Source: Candidatus Iainarchaeum sp.
GTDB lineage: Archaea; Iainarchaeota; Iainarchaeia; Iainarchaeales; 0-14-0-20-30-16
Assembly: GCA_028710695.1 (NCBI GenBank)
Contig: JAQTTP010000007.1
Span: forward strand, 1 to 32,000
DNA length: 32,000 nt
Direction of reading: 5' to 3'
Position 1 is the first letter of the stretch; every line of letters begins with the position of its first letter. The translations under genes were made by a program, and so were the position numbers. Shown one piece after another: positions 16,028-25,712 of the stretch. Below the pieces are notes generated by a model. It saw only the letters and a program-made list of their open reading frames with translations. It was not told the DNA's origin and did not search any database.

Positions 16028-17689
16028 TCAGTCAGGAGTCAAATCTAATTCAAACACAGCCACCGGCGTTTCTAAGTTAAAGTTCTTTAATACTTCTGGA
16101 TTTATTTCTCCAATTATTCCTTCTTTTTTCTTACCATTTAACTTGTATTCTATTTTTGCGACCCTTCCTTCAATAAAAGAATTATGCTTGAACTCAGTAT
16201 ATTTTTTATCAGTAACTTCTAAATTATTTAGAACAAATTCTGCAAGTCTTTTTGCATAGGTGTAATCAACACCCTCATAACACAAAGTAGCAGTAAAGAA
16301 GATTTTTTCAAGTATCCCTTTGTCATTTTCTTCCAAGATTTTTCCAACTTCAAATACATTTTGCGGATAAGAAATGTGTTGATTCTTTACCAAGAATTCT
16401 AAATGTTCCGGAACTATAGAAGTCCTAAAGATCTCTATGCTCTCAGACATTGGGTTTGCAATTGTTACTGCCTTATTCTTTATTTTCATTTTCCCAAATT
16501 GCTTTTCTTTGCTAGTCAAAGTAAAAGTCATTATCTCTTGCAATCCTGCCCCAACACCAAGCAGCCTTAAGCTATCAGCCCAAACAGTCTTGTCAAGCAA
16601 CCCACCTGTACTTCTAACATCCACTTTCTCTAGCTTTATTGTATTATAGCCAATAGAAATCAGAATATCCTCAATTACATCAACAGGATGCATTATGTCA
16701 ACCCTATAGTTTGGGTACTCCACAACAACTTTATCCTTAACTATCTTAACATCGTATCCTTTTCTCTCAAGTAGACCAATAAGATCTTTTTCGCTTATTT
16801 CCATTCCAATATAATCAAATATTTTCTGCTTAGATATTTCCATTTTTTCTTTTGCGAAGTAAGGAGTTACTACTTTTTCTTTTCCGTAATCAACAGTAAT
16901 AGCTTCAACCTTTGCACCCCTGTCTGCAAACGCCATACAAACAATAAGCAAAGCAACATTTACCTTTTCTTGTGTTATTCCAGTTACTTCTATAAACAAA
17001 TCATTCTTTCCTACTTCTACTTTTCCAGAATCATTTGAGTTCACTATTGGGGGCATAGACATTATCTTCCCTTTTTCATCCTGCCAAACAGGATACTTAT
17101 CAAATCCAGCCAATAAATGCCCATATTCCTGTCCTTTCTTGTGATTTTTCAAGACCTCTTCCAAAGTCATTTCTTTTTCAAATCCAAGAGGAGCGAATTT
17201 AACTGTTTTTTTATCTCCTAAAAAGTATTTCAATTTCTTTCCACTGATTTTGTTTAAATCATACATTCCCATTGAAAGTTCGCTTCTTTTCTTACCGTAA
17301 GATCCTGCAATTTTTTCTTGCATATTAACCAAACTTATCAAAAAATCATCAGAAATATCAACATTTTTCACTACTGCGGCAGCAACATATTTTGCTATAT
17401 TCTTCATATCCCCTACATCAACAATATAATCAGATTTTTCAAAAGAGTATTCTTTTAAGCCTTTTATCTCGCCGTTATCTTTCTTTATCTCTCTTGCAAC
17501 TCCTTCAATACTCCACAAATCAGGTCTATTAGAGTCTTTTATATCAAGTTTAATAGTATCCCCGTCAACACCATCTACTTCACATTTAGTGCAAAGGAAG
17601 AACTTCTCAAGTTCGCTATCTTTTATTTTGTAATGTAATAAAGATTCCAAATCAGATCTAGAAACATCAATTTTCGGCATAAATACCAC
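16028..17689 (-). CDS. pheT: Phenylalanyl-tRNA synthetase beta subunit
   Basis: 553 aa; KLDIKDSNRPDLWSIEGVAREIK, FLIEVTGITQEKVNVALLIVCMAFADRG, YPNYRVDIMHPVDVIEDILISIGYNTI, GIIGEINPEVLKNF. Confidence 0.93.
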   Translation of the reverse strand: MVFMPKIDVSRSDLESLLHYKIKDSELEKFFLCTKCEVDGVDGDTIKLDIKDSNRPDLWSIEGVAREIKKDNGEIKGLKEYSFEKSDYIVDVGDMKNIAKYVAAAVVKNVDISDDFLISLVNMQEKIAGSYGKKRSELSMGMYDLNKISGKKLKYFLGDKKTVKFAPLGFEKEMTLEEVLKNHKKGQEYGHLLAGFDKYPVWQDEKGKIMSMPPIVNSNDSGKVEVGKNDLFIEVTGITQEKVNVALLIVCMAFADRGAKVEAITVDYGKEKVVTPYFAKEKMEISKQKIFDYIGMEISEKDLIGLLERKGYDVKIVKDKVVVEYPNYRVDIMHPVDVIEDILISIGYNTIKLEKVDVRSTGGLLDKTVWADSLRLLGVGAGLQEIMTFTLTSKEKQFGKMKIKNKAVTIANPMSESIEIFRTSIVPEHLEFLVKNQHISYPQNVFEVGKILEENDKGILEKIFFTATLCYEGVDYTYAKRLAEFVLNNLEVTDKKYTEFKHNSFIEGRVAKIEYKLNGKKKEGIIGEINPEVLKNFNLETPVAVFELDLTPD

Positions 17690-17741
17690 TCGTTTATTCG
17701 TAATAGTTATATAGTATAAGAAAGAATAATAATAAAAAGAA

Positions 17742-17783
17742 TTGGGCCCCGCCCAACAGTGAAAGGGACAGCCTTAGTTAGGC
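17742..17783. other. Two short intergenic hairpins between pheT and the membrane-anchored protein gene
   Basis: TTGGGC-CCC-GCCCAA (17742-17756) and GCCT-TAGTT-AGGC (17771-17783). Confidence 0.6.
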
Positions 17784-17792
17784 ACCAAGAGG

Positions 17793-18374
17793 TTATTCAA
17801 ACTCTATAGATTCTACAGAGTTCTTGAACTTATCCTTAAGTGCATCATAGATCTCAGAGTTACACTTTAGAGTAAATACATACCCAACGCCATTTTTTAC
17901 AAAAGCATAAGTATTGTATATTCTGTTAACACTATCTTCATCTACAGATACAACTGCATTATAGAACAAGTTCCCGTTTATGTTCACTTCTTGTTCTGAG
18001 ATTTGTTCTATATTGTATTGTACAATCTCCTTTGCAAGGGTTTTAGAATCAAAAGCATATCCATATCTCCAAATATACAAAAAATCTTCATTACTTGACG
18101 GGTTTATTTTATAGGCCCAGCTATTTGAAGAACTAACGTTATCTACTTCAAATTCAGTCCAAGTTTCAGGCATCTTTAGTTTGATATCTTCAATTTCAAA
18201 GTTTGCATACCCATAATATTTATCATCTTCTGATAGATCCCCTTTACTTAGGTCTGCATTTTTAAAATCTGGGTAAACATACCTATAGCCCAAGTATCCA
18301 ACAACAGCCAGGATTATTATGATTATAATTAAAGTAGCAATGAATGACCCTTTCTTATTCATATTAACACCCAA
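17793..18374 (-). CDS. Membrane-anchored extracytoplasmic protein of unknown function
   Basis: 193 aa; N-terminal hydrophobic segment FIATLIIIIIILAVVGYLGYRYV, then a soluble domain. Confidence 0.7.
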   Translation of the reverse strand: MGVNMNKKGSFIATLIIIIIILAVVGYLGYRYVYPDFKNADLSKGDLSEDDKYYGYANFEIEDIKLKMPETWTEFEVDNVSSSNSWAYKINPSSNEDFLYIWRYGYAFDSKTLAKEIVQYNIEQISEQEVNINGNLFYNAVVSVDEDSVNRIYNTYAFVKNGVGYVFTLKCNSEIYDALKDKFKNSVESIEFE

Positions 18375-18384
18375 AAATCTTATT

Positions 18385-19446
18385 TTATAAAAAATATAAC
18401 AAAAATACTACTAGAGATATAACGAAATGTAATATAAAAAAGTTTCGTACAAGCCCTTTCTCTGTAAGCTTGCCTTTATACAGGTGTTCCATTAGATAAT
18501 ACAATGCGTGCCACCCAATAAAGGTCTTTCCATTTTTTTCATAATTTGTAGGAATTAAATACCCATTTTTGTCGCAGGCAGATATTGTTTTTCCTTTTCC
18601 ACGAACAATGAATATATGTATTGCATATAACCCAAAATTTATTAAGTAAATCAGAGTTAAAAGAATCCCAATTATTTCCATATTTCCAATAATCATTGCA
18701 GTTGCAATTGATGCACCGATTGCTAAAGAGCCCACATCACCAAAAATAACTTTTGCTGGGTAGGCATTATAATAATAAAATCCAATTAGAGCACCAAGCA
18801 TTGGAACCAAAATAATCATTGCAAGATAATTTCCAGTTATCAAAGATGCAAAAACCATAAACAATATTGTAATTATTCCTAATCCTGCCTCAAGCCCATT
18901 GTATCCCGCAAGCATGTTGGTTGCATTTGAATAAACAAGTATCAATATTGGAATTATTACAAAGGAATAAACCCAGCCCAAACTCAAAGATCCATAAAAT
19001 GGTATTGTAATTGTATGGTTTCCAGCTAAAATTGCCACTAAAGGTATGGATGCAACAAGCAACAACAGAATTTTTTGTAGCTCGTTGAGTTTAAATAAAT
19101 CATCAAAAGATCCAACAAATCCAACAAGAAGTACTGTAAACGCACCCGCCATTATAGAATACAAATCAAATCCACTTACAAAAGGAAATATCGAAAACAA
19201 ACCAACAAAAAATCCAAGCAAAAGAATATAGCCACCCATATTTGCAAATTTGGGTTTATCATACTTGTGACAATCAGTATTAGTAATTTCTTTTTTATGA
19301 GCCCATTTTATGTAGAAGCCCATTATCAAAAATACTATTAAAAATGAAATAAAAAATTCACAAATATATTTTCTTATTGGAAAAAACAGCCCAATACCAA
19401 ATAAGGTTGCCAATAAAAAATATATTATTTTATCCCACTTCACCAA
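18385..19446 (-). CDS. aglH: Glycosyl-1-phosphate transferase of the MraY/GPT family (AglH-like)
   Basis: 353 aa polytopic; FANMGGYILLLGF, GFVGSFDDL, YSNATNMLAGYNGLEAGLGI, YPAKVIFGDVGSLAIGA. Confidence 0.8.
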   Translation of the reverse strand: MVKWDKIIYFLLATLFGIGLFFPIRKYICEFFISFLIVFLIMGFYIKWAHKKEITNTDCHKYDKPKFANMGGYILLLGFFVGLFSIFPFVSGFDLYSIMAGAFTVLLVGFVGSFDDLFKLNELQKILLLLVASIPLVAILAGNHTITIPFYGSLSLGWVYSFVIIPILILVYSNATNMLAGYNGLEAGLGIITILFMVFASLITGNYLAMIILVPMLGALIGFYYYNAYPAKVIFGDVGSLAIGASIATAMIIGNMEIIGILLTLIYLINFGLYAIHIFIVRGKGKTISACDKNGYLIPTNYEKNGKTFIGWHALYYLMEHLYKGKLTEKGLVRNFFILHFVISLVVFLLYFL

Positions 19447-21479
19447 GCATCACCATAATATGCCTTTACTTTAGTATTCCATTCGTTTATCTGTTCCGTA
19501 GTCATATCATACATTGCTGGTTCAACAGTTTTCAAAGCATCTTTATTAACCTTATAAACTCTGACCATATTTTTCGCATAAACCAAAGTCAAATATTTTG
19601 ATATCTCTGGGCTCATAAGCCACAACTTCACAGCCATACTACTATTTGACGGATGACTAAAAACATATAAAATATCTTTTGCGCCATTTGTATAATAAAA
19701 CAAGGGGGTTTTTCCGTTCACAACAGTATAAGGTTTATTTGTCCAAGCAGTTGGTATTGCAGACATATAATCTTCGGTCAATTTATTTGACCCACACATA
19801 TAATAATTGTCTTTTTGTATTTGGAAAGATGTTTTCGTACAACCCATATATACTGAAAAATATTTGGCTATACGCGGATCATTTTGATTTACAGTATCAT
19901 AGAGATACATCGCAAATAACGGAAGGCTTTGCAAGGTATCAAGATCCATTAATACATAGTCTGCATCATATGCTTTCAAAATTCCTGCAGCATGTTCAGT
20001 ATTTTCATCTAAGAAAAACATAGGCACATCTTTCAAAGCTTGAGTATCACTATTTGTATTATCCGTTGCCACTCTCCTATCTGCCAAGAAAGTTATCCAG
20101 TGCCCCTCACTCCACCAATTAAAGAGTTTTGCATTTTCAGGAGTGTTTTCTCCAAGCCAAGAAATTGTTTCTTTCCAGCCACTGCCACCATCTAATTGTG
20201 GTGTGTGGTTATGTACAAACATAGTTGCACCAGCAACACCAGTAATTGTTAAAAACAATAATGCCCCCACAAGACCAACTCGCAAAGCTATATGCTTATT
20301 GGTGCCAATAAAGAGCTGATAAAGTTCGTACATTGTTAATACAGTTAATGCTGCAAGTGGTAATCCAAACCAAAAAGTTGCTTTTAATTTATTCCATGCC
20401 AGGTACAAACAACCCGCAGACCAAACAAGAACCAACAAAGTAAACCAATCTTTTTTGTTAAAAATTATTCTATATAGCCCGAGGATAAACCCAGTAATAA
20501 TAAATATCAAGAATATGTTGTACTTTGAGCCGAAAGCAGGATATCCTTGACTTTCTTCTCCAACTTTCATTGACGTTACTGAACCCATCTGCTGGGTATC
20601 AACACTAGTTTCATTAAGTCCAAATATTCCAGACACATAATTTATATCTACTTGTATCCAATTTGTGCTCCATGCTGTTGCAATAGCACCCATAAGAATA
20701 AAACAAGAAAAGAAAATTATGGAAAATCCTTTTAAGAACTCCAAGTCCTTGTAAACAATTAACTTCATTATTAGAATTGTCACAAAGTACCCAATTAGAA
20801 CAACCGGCACAAATGCAAAAACACTCCAAACCATTGCCATAATTCCTAAGAATAGACCGCCCAAAAGTCCATAAATAATTGGTTTCCATTTGACACTTTG
20901 GGTTTCCACAAATTTAGAAATTCCCAATACTAAAAATCCAAATCCAAGAACCATCCACAAGAAGCCCATACAATCTTCTTCGTAGTGCCCACTCATAGTT
21001 CTATATACAAATGCAGGCATTACTGCAGCAAAAAATGCAGCAATATATCCGGCGATTCTATTCTTATAACCTACTCTAAATAAGAAATACATTGCTAATG
21101 TAGTAAAAGCACCATAGAATGCAGGCAGGAGCCTAATAAACCAGACCCAGAGATCTTTACTGTACGCGGCTCCAAAGGTAAATATATTCCAAAATAAAAC
21201 TCCAAAATACCATAGTAAACTAACTGAATATGGTGCTTTATTAGCATAGTGATAGATTCCTAATAAATCAGTATGGTCTTCAAATGGATCTTGAATAAAT
21301 GCGGCATTAGCTCTTGCATGCCAATATGCATCTGGTTCAATAAAGCCATCAAATCTCATAATATGTAGCCTAAATCCTAACGCAATCAAAAATATCAATA
21401 ATAATATCAGAATATGCCATTTGTTTTCAACAATTTTTGCCCAAAAGTTCTTTAAAAATGCAACACCCATATTGACCAC
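19440..21479 (-). CDS. aglB: Oligosaccharyltransferase STT3/AglB-like
   Basis: 679 aa polytopic; FDGFIEPDAYWHARANAAF, VYRTMSGHYEEDCMGF, LFNWWSEGHWITFLADRR. Overlaps the AglH-like start. Confidence 0.87.
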   Translation of the reverse strand: MVNMGVAFLKNFWAKIVENKWHILILLLIFLIALGFRLHIMRFDGFIEPDAYWHARANAAFIQDPFEDHTDLLGIYHYANKAPYSVSLLWYFGVLFWNIFTFGAAYSKDLWVWFIRLLPAFYGAFTTLAMYFLFRVGYKNRIAGYIAAFFAAVMPAFVYRTMSGHYEEDCMGFLWMVLGFGFLVLGISKFVETQSVKWKPIIYGLLGGLFLGIMAMVWSVFAFVPVVLIGYFVTILIMKLIVYKDLEFLKGFSIIFFSCFILMGAIATAWSTNWIQVDINYVSGIFGLNETSVDTQQMGSVTSMKVGEESQGYPAFGSKYNIFLIFIITGFILGLYRIIFNKKDWFTLLVLVWSAGCLYLAWNKLKATFWFGLPLAALTVLTMYELYQLFIGTNKHIALRVGLVGALLFLTITGVAGATMFVHNHTPQLDGGSGWKETISWLGENTPENAKLFNWWSEGHWITFLADRRVATDNTNSDTQALKDVPMFFLDENTEHAAGILKAYDADYVLMDLDTLQSLPLFAMYLYDTVNQNDPRIAKYFSVYMGCTKTSFQIQKDNYYMCGSNKLTEDYMSAIPTAWTNKPYTVVNGKTPLFYYTNGAKDILYVFSHPSNSSMAVKLWLMSPEISKYLTLVYAKNMVRVYKVNKDALKTVEPAMYDMTTEQINEWNTKVKAYYGDAW

Positions 21480-24176
21480 TTACATCAATTTGCTTATTTC
21501 TTGTTCAATTTCTTTAACATTAACACTTATTCCGCTTATTTGTGCAAAGTCCAGGGATCCGCCACCTTTTCCACCAAATTTGCTTGAGATCTCTTTTGCA
21601 ATGAATCCTGCACCTTTCTTTACAACATTTGAATTTACAATTATATTCATCTGTTCTATATCCTTAGAATAAATTATTAGTAAATCAAATTTATTAACAA
21701 ATCTTTTTTTTGCCATAATTCCAAGCTTCAAAAAAGACTCCACATTGTAGATTTTTACATCTTTTACTATTTTCTTTCCTTTTTCTAATTCCAACCCAGA
21801 AATTATTCTTTCTGATTCTTTTTCATCAACTTCCACAAGTGCTTTTTGCAAGGTTTTCAATTCCTGCACATTTTTGTCTATTGCCATCAAAACATCATTC
21901 TTTGGAACTTTCAGTAATTCACTTGCTTTATCAACAGTTTGCTGTAATTCCAATCCATAATTTACTGCAGGAATTCCTGCTTTAAAGTAGATTCTTTCAA
22001 CACCATCTCTTACTGATTCTCTTTTTACAATTTTAAAATATCCCATCTGTCCTGTCTTTTCTAAATGAGTTCCACCACAAGCCTCAACATCTAATCCTGG
22101 TATTTCTATTATTCTTAATTCTTTTCCTGGAACTGCCCCACCCTGATAGATTCTAAATCCGTATTTCTGTTCAGCAACTTGTCTTGGGAAAATTGTTTTC
22201 TTGACTGCCAAATCTTGCTGGATATATTCATTAACTTTTCTTTCAATTTCTTCCAATTCGTATTTAGTAATTGCTTTAAAATGAGTAATATCTAAGTGAG
22301 CAATATCTGCTTTTTTATTTGCTCCTGCTTGCCAAATGTGCTTTCCCAAAACTTGCTGGCAAACACCATTCAACAAGTGAGTTGAAGTGTGATGTTGTGA
22401 CAAAGCAAGCCTTCTTGAGAAGTCTATTTTACAAGTAACTGTTGAATTTTTCTTTATCTTCTTTGGTTCTGAAACTTTATGCAAAATTACATCACCGATA
22501 TTCTTTACTTCTAATACTTTTATTCCATCTATTTCTCCTAAATCACAATCTTGTCCGCCACCCTCTGGATAGAACGCAGATTTATTTAGGACAACATAAT
22601 CTTCAACTATTCCCTGCACTTTTGCTTCAAAAGAATCCATATAAAAAAATTCATAATACAATTTTTCAGTCTTATCAAAATCTTTTACTTTTGCTTGTAA
22701 AGGATCAATCTCTTTTTGAACAGCAGGAAGTTTTTTATCTAAATTTATTTCCTGAACTTCTAAAATCATATTTTCTTTTTCTGCAACTTCTTTAACTTGT
22801 TCTAAAACAACACCATAAGACTCATACAAAAATGAAAGATCTTGTTCTGTTATTTTATTCGTTTCTTTCTTTTTCTTTGTTAAATATGCACTTACTACAG
22901 ATCTTGACAGATCTTTTGATTTTCTATATTTTTCATATTCAGTATCTAAAACATTAAACACAATATTACTTTCCCCCAACTCCGGGTACAAAGGCTTCAA
23001 GTAATTTATGTGTTTTTCTAAAACTGTGTTTAAATCAGATGAAAAGTTATTTTTTTCATACAAAGAAAATGCTCTTCTCAAAACATATCTTAGATTGTAT
23101 CCACCACCAGTATTAGATGGAAGCATCCCATCCACAGAAGTGAATAAAATTGTTTTCAAGTGGTCCAAAATTGCATATGCTGACTGCAATGGGAACAACT
23201 GTTTTTTCATAACAGAGTATTCAATCCCAATTTGTTTTGCAATTTCATATTCATCAGTTCCATTTCTTTCAGAGAAATCAATTTTTCCTGCACCCATAAC
23301 ATATTCTTCTAAAAATACAGGTTCTTTTATAGATTCTTTACTCAAAAAGTGCTTTGCAACAGGTCCAAAAGTAATATCATAAGACATTGGCTTTGTGTCA
23401 GTAATCCACGCAAATCTTTCTTGACCTGCACCCATGTCAATTACTTTTGTATCTAACTCTTTCAAGCCTTTGTCAGTCAAATAGTATTGCATGAAAACAC
23501 AGTTTCCTAGTTCAATTCCATCTACAAAGTATTCCAGAGATGGCCCTACATTTCCGCCACCCATCCAAACATCTTCTCTAAATACTACTTTTTCTCTTGG
23601 TATTCCTAAAGCTTTTGTTAAAAATAAAAAGTCGTTTTCTATTGCTTGATCTTTCCAATAAAACAATCCTGTTTTTTTATTATTAAATGCGTGCTGCCCA
23701 ATCATTACAAAATTAGTATAATGCCTACCAGTAACTCCAACATTCGGGATATCATTAAACCTTAAACAAGGCTGATTTATTACTAGTGGGTTAGCCACAG
23801 GTTCTACTTCTCCAGACACAACATATGGCTGAAACCCAGTTATAGACGCCAAATTAAAGTAAATATCATTTCTCCATCTTGCAACTGTTGGAAATCTCTT
23901 TACAGAGGTGTGATTTTTCTTATTAAAAAATCTTTCAAAAGTCTTCCAAGCTTCAATATAATCTAGCTTTTGTGGAGTTATTTTTCTTCCAATGAATTTA
24001 TACCCTACACATTCGGAGTCTTCACAAAATTCTCTGTTTGGGTCCAAAGTCCAGAAATAGTTCTTACATTTTTTACACTGCTTTCTTGTAAACCCTTCTT
24101 TCTCTAAAAAAGCAAGTTTATAGTGGTCTTCCCACTTCTTAGCAAAGTCTTGTTTTAATTGTTTCTTGTCAAGCAT
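21480..24176 (-). CDS. alaS: Alanyl-tRNA synthetase (archaeal type)
   Basis: 898 aa; EGFTRKQCKKCKNYFWTLDPNREFCEDSEC, FFNKKNHTSVKRFPTVARWRNDIYFNLASI, HHTSTHLLNGVCQQVLG, GLDVEACGGTHLEKTGQMG, GGKGGGSLDFAQ. Confidence 0.95.
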   Translation of the reverse strand: MLDKKQLKQDFAKKWEDHYKLAFLEKEGFTRKQCKKCKNYFWTLDPNREFCEDSECVGYKFIGRKITPQKLDYIEAWKTFERFFNKKNHTSVKRFPTVARWRNDIYFNLASITGFQPYVVSGEVEPVANPLVINQPCLRFNDIPNVGVTGRHYTNFVMIGQHAFNNKKTGLFYWKDQAIENDFLFLTKALGIPREKVVFREDVWMGGGNVGPSLEYFVDGIELGNCVFMQYYLTDKGLKELDTKVIDMGAGQERFAWITDTKPMSYDITFGPVAKHFLSKESIKEPVFLEEYVMGAGKIDFSERNGTDEYEIAKQIGIEYSVMKKQLFPLQSAYAILDHLKTILFTSVDGMLPSNTGGGYNLRYVLRRAFSLYEKNNFSSDLNTVLEKHINYLKPLYPELGESNIVFNVLDTEYEKYRKSKDLSRSVVSAYLTKKKKETNKITEQDLSFLYESYGVVLEQVKEVAEKENMILEVQEINLDKKLPAVQKEIDPLQAKVKDFDKTEKLYYEFFYMDSFEAKVQGIVEDYVVLNKSAFYPEGGGQDCDLGEIDGIKVLEVKNIGDVILHKVSEPKKIKKNSTVTCKIDFSRRLALSQHHTSTHLLNGVCQQVLGKHIWQAGANKKADIAHLDITHFKAITKYELEEIERKVNEYIQQDLAVKKTIFPRQVAEQKYGFRIYQGGAVPGKELRIIEIPGLDVEACGGTHLEKTGQMGYFKIVKRESVRDGVERIYFKAGIPAVNYGLELQQTVDKASELLKVPKNDVLMAIDKNVQELKTLQKALVEVDEKESERIISGLELEKGKKIVKDVKIYNVESFLKLGIMAKKRFVNKFDLLIIYSKDIEQMNIIVNSNVVKKGAGFIAKEISSKFGGKGGGSLDFAQISGISVNVKEIEQEISKLM

Positions 24177-24278
24177 AAAATGACACCTTTATAGCACCTT
24201 TTAGTTATTCATATAAAAAAGTAATATAAATATATAAAATAATCTAAAGTATGTTATTATATCTTATTGGGTGTGCCT

Positions 24279-25625
24279 ATGCTTGATATTAACTTATTTA
24301 GAGACGATAAAGAGTTCAAAAAGATCTTAGAAAGCGAGAAACGAAGGGCAAAACCCTTAGATTTCGCAAAGGATACAAAGAAGTTCGATGATCTTTGGAA
24401 AAAAGCAAAGCAAGAGAAAGAAGAACTGAGAGCAGAAAAGAACAAGGTTACCAAAGAGATAGCAACCGTAGCTCAAGACAAAAACACAAAAAACGAGCAT
24501 AAAACAAAGGAGATTACAAGATTAAAAGCTAAAAGCAAAGACTTAGATATTAAAATTAAAAATCTAGAAGAGCAAGAAACTAAAGCCCTACAAACAAGAG
24601 ATGAAAACCGTTACAAAGTAGGAAACATCCTTTACCCTTCTGTCCCAAATGGAAAAAGCGATGAAGAGAATGTTCCATTCAAATTCTATGGAAAAGCAAA
24701 AGTCCAGAAGCAGCATTTAGCAGATTTCAAAAAAGCAACTAATAACAAAATGGATTATGAATTATTGGACTTTGAGCCAAAAAGCCATGCAGATCTAGGT
24801 CCCGAAAGAGGACTATTCGATTTAGAAAGAGCTGCAAAAATCTCTGGTGCACGAGCTTATTACCTAAAAGGCAAACTAGCAATCTTACATCTATCTCTTT
24901 TGAGGTTTGCATTAGACAAGCTTGTTGATGCGGGCTACATGCCACTATATACTCCATTTTTAATAAACAAAGATGTTATGGAAAAAGCAGCAGAGCTAGC
25001 AGACTTCAAAGAAACCCTATACCAAACAACAGAAGGCCAATTCCTAATTGCAACAGCAGAGCAGACTTTGGCAGCATATCACCTGGACGAAGTTCTAGAT
25101 GAAAAAATTCTACCCCTAAAGTATGCTGGATACTCTTCCGCATTCCGAAGAGAGGCAGGAAGTGCTGGGAAAGATACAAGAGGGATCTTCAGAGTTCACC
25201 AATTTGATAAAGTTGAGCAATACGTTTTTTGTAAAGCAAAAGACAATGAGAAAATCCATGAGGAACTTCTAAAGAATGCAGAAAGCATTTACAAAGATCT
25301 AGAGCTTCCATACAGAGTTGTTAATATTTGCACAGGGGATATGAACGACACGGCAGCAAAGAAGTATGATATTGAACTGTGGATGCCAGTGCAAGGAAAG
25401 TTCAGAGAGATTGGTTCTTATTCCATAACAACAGATTATCAGACAAGAAAGTTGAATGTAAGATATGAAGAAAAAGGAGAAAGAATAGTTTGCCATTCTT
25501 TGAACGGCACAGCATTACCATCTCCAAGAAGCTTAGCAGCTTTCATCGAGAATCATCAAGACAAGAAAGGAATAATACATATACCAAAAGCATTACAGAA
25601 ATATACGGGGTTTAAAGAGATCTAG
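24279..25625 (+). CDS. serS: Seryl-tRNA synthetase
   Basis: MLDINLFRDDKEFKK... coiled-coil N-terminus; TEGQFLIATAEQTLAAYH, FRREAGSAGKDTRGIFRVHQFDKVEQ, EIGSYSITTDYQTRKLNVRY, LNGTALPSPRSLAAFIENHQ. The track start at 24267 is a TTG; the ATG at 24279 is preferred. Confidence 0.95.
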   Translation: MLDINLFRDDKEFKKILESEKRRAKPLDFAKDTKKFDDLWKKAKQEKEELRAEKNKVTKEIATVAQDKNTKNEHKTKEITRLKAKSKDLDIKIKNLEEQETKALQTRDENRYKVGNILYPSVPNGKSDEENVPFKFYGKAKVQKQHLADFKKATNNKMDYELLDFEPKSHADLGPERGLFDLERAAKISGARAYYLKGKLAILHLSLLRFALDKLVDAGYMPLYTPFLINKDVMEKAAELADFKETLYQTTEGQFLIATAEQTLAAYHLDEVLDEKILPLKYAGYSSAFRREAGSAGKDTRGIFRVHQFDKVEQYVFCKAKDNEKIHEELLKNAESIYKDLELPYRVVNICTGDMNDTAAKKYDIELWMPVQGKFREIGSYSITTDYQTRKLNVRYEEKGERIVCHSLNGTALPSPRSLAAFIENHQDKKGIIHIPKALQKYTGFKEI

Positions 25626-25655
25626 CCTTTTACGAAAAGGCACAGTCTGCCAAAA
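25622..25655 (+). repeat. Copy B of the dispersed structured repeat (CTAGCCTTTTACGAAAAGGCACAGTCTGCCAAAA)
   Basis: Begins within the serS stop codon; shares CTAGCCTTTT and an exact 21-mer with minus strand 9334-9369. Confidence 0.85.
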
Positions 25656-25712
25656 GTACCTAAGGTACTAAGGGGCACAAGGCCCCTCGAAATCTCGGTT
25701 TCTAGCCTTTTT
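25625..25712 (+). terminator. Hairpin-rich 3' region after serS ending in a T-run (putative terminator or processing region)
   Basis: GCCTTTT-ACG-AAAAGGC, AGTACC-TAA-GGTACT, AGGGGC-ACAAG-GCCCCT, GAAA-TCTCGG-TTTC, followed by CTAGCCTTTTTTT. Confidence 0.5.
25671..25687. repeat. ACAAG-loop hairpin downstream of serS
   Basis: AGGGGC-ACAAG-GCCCCT. Confidence 0.6.
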
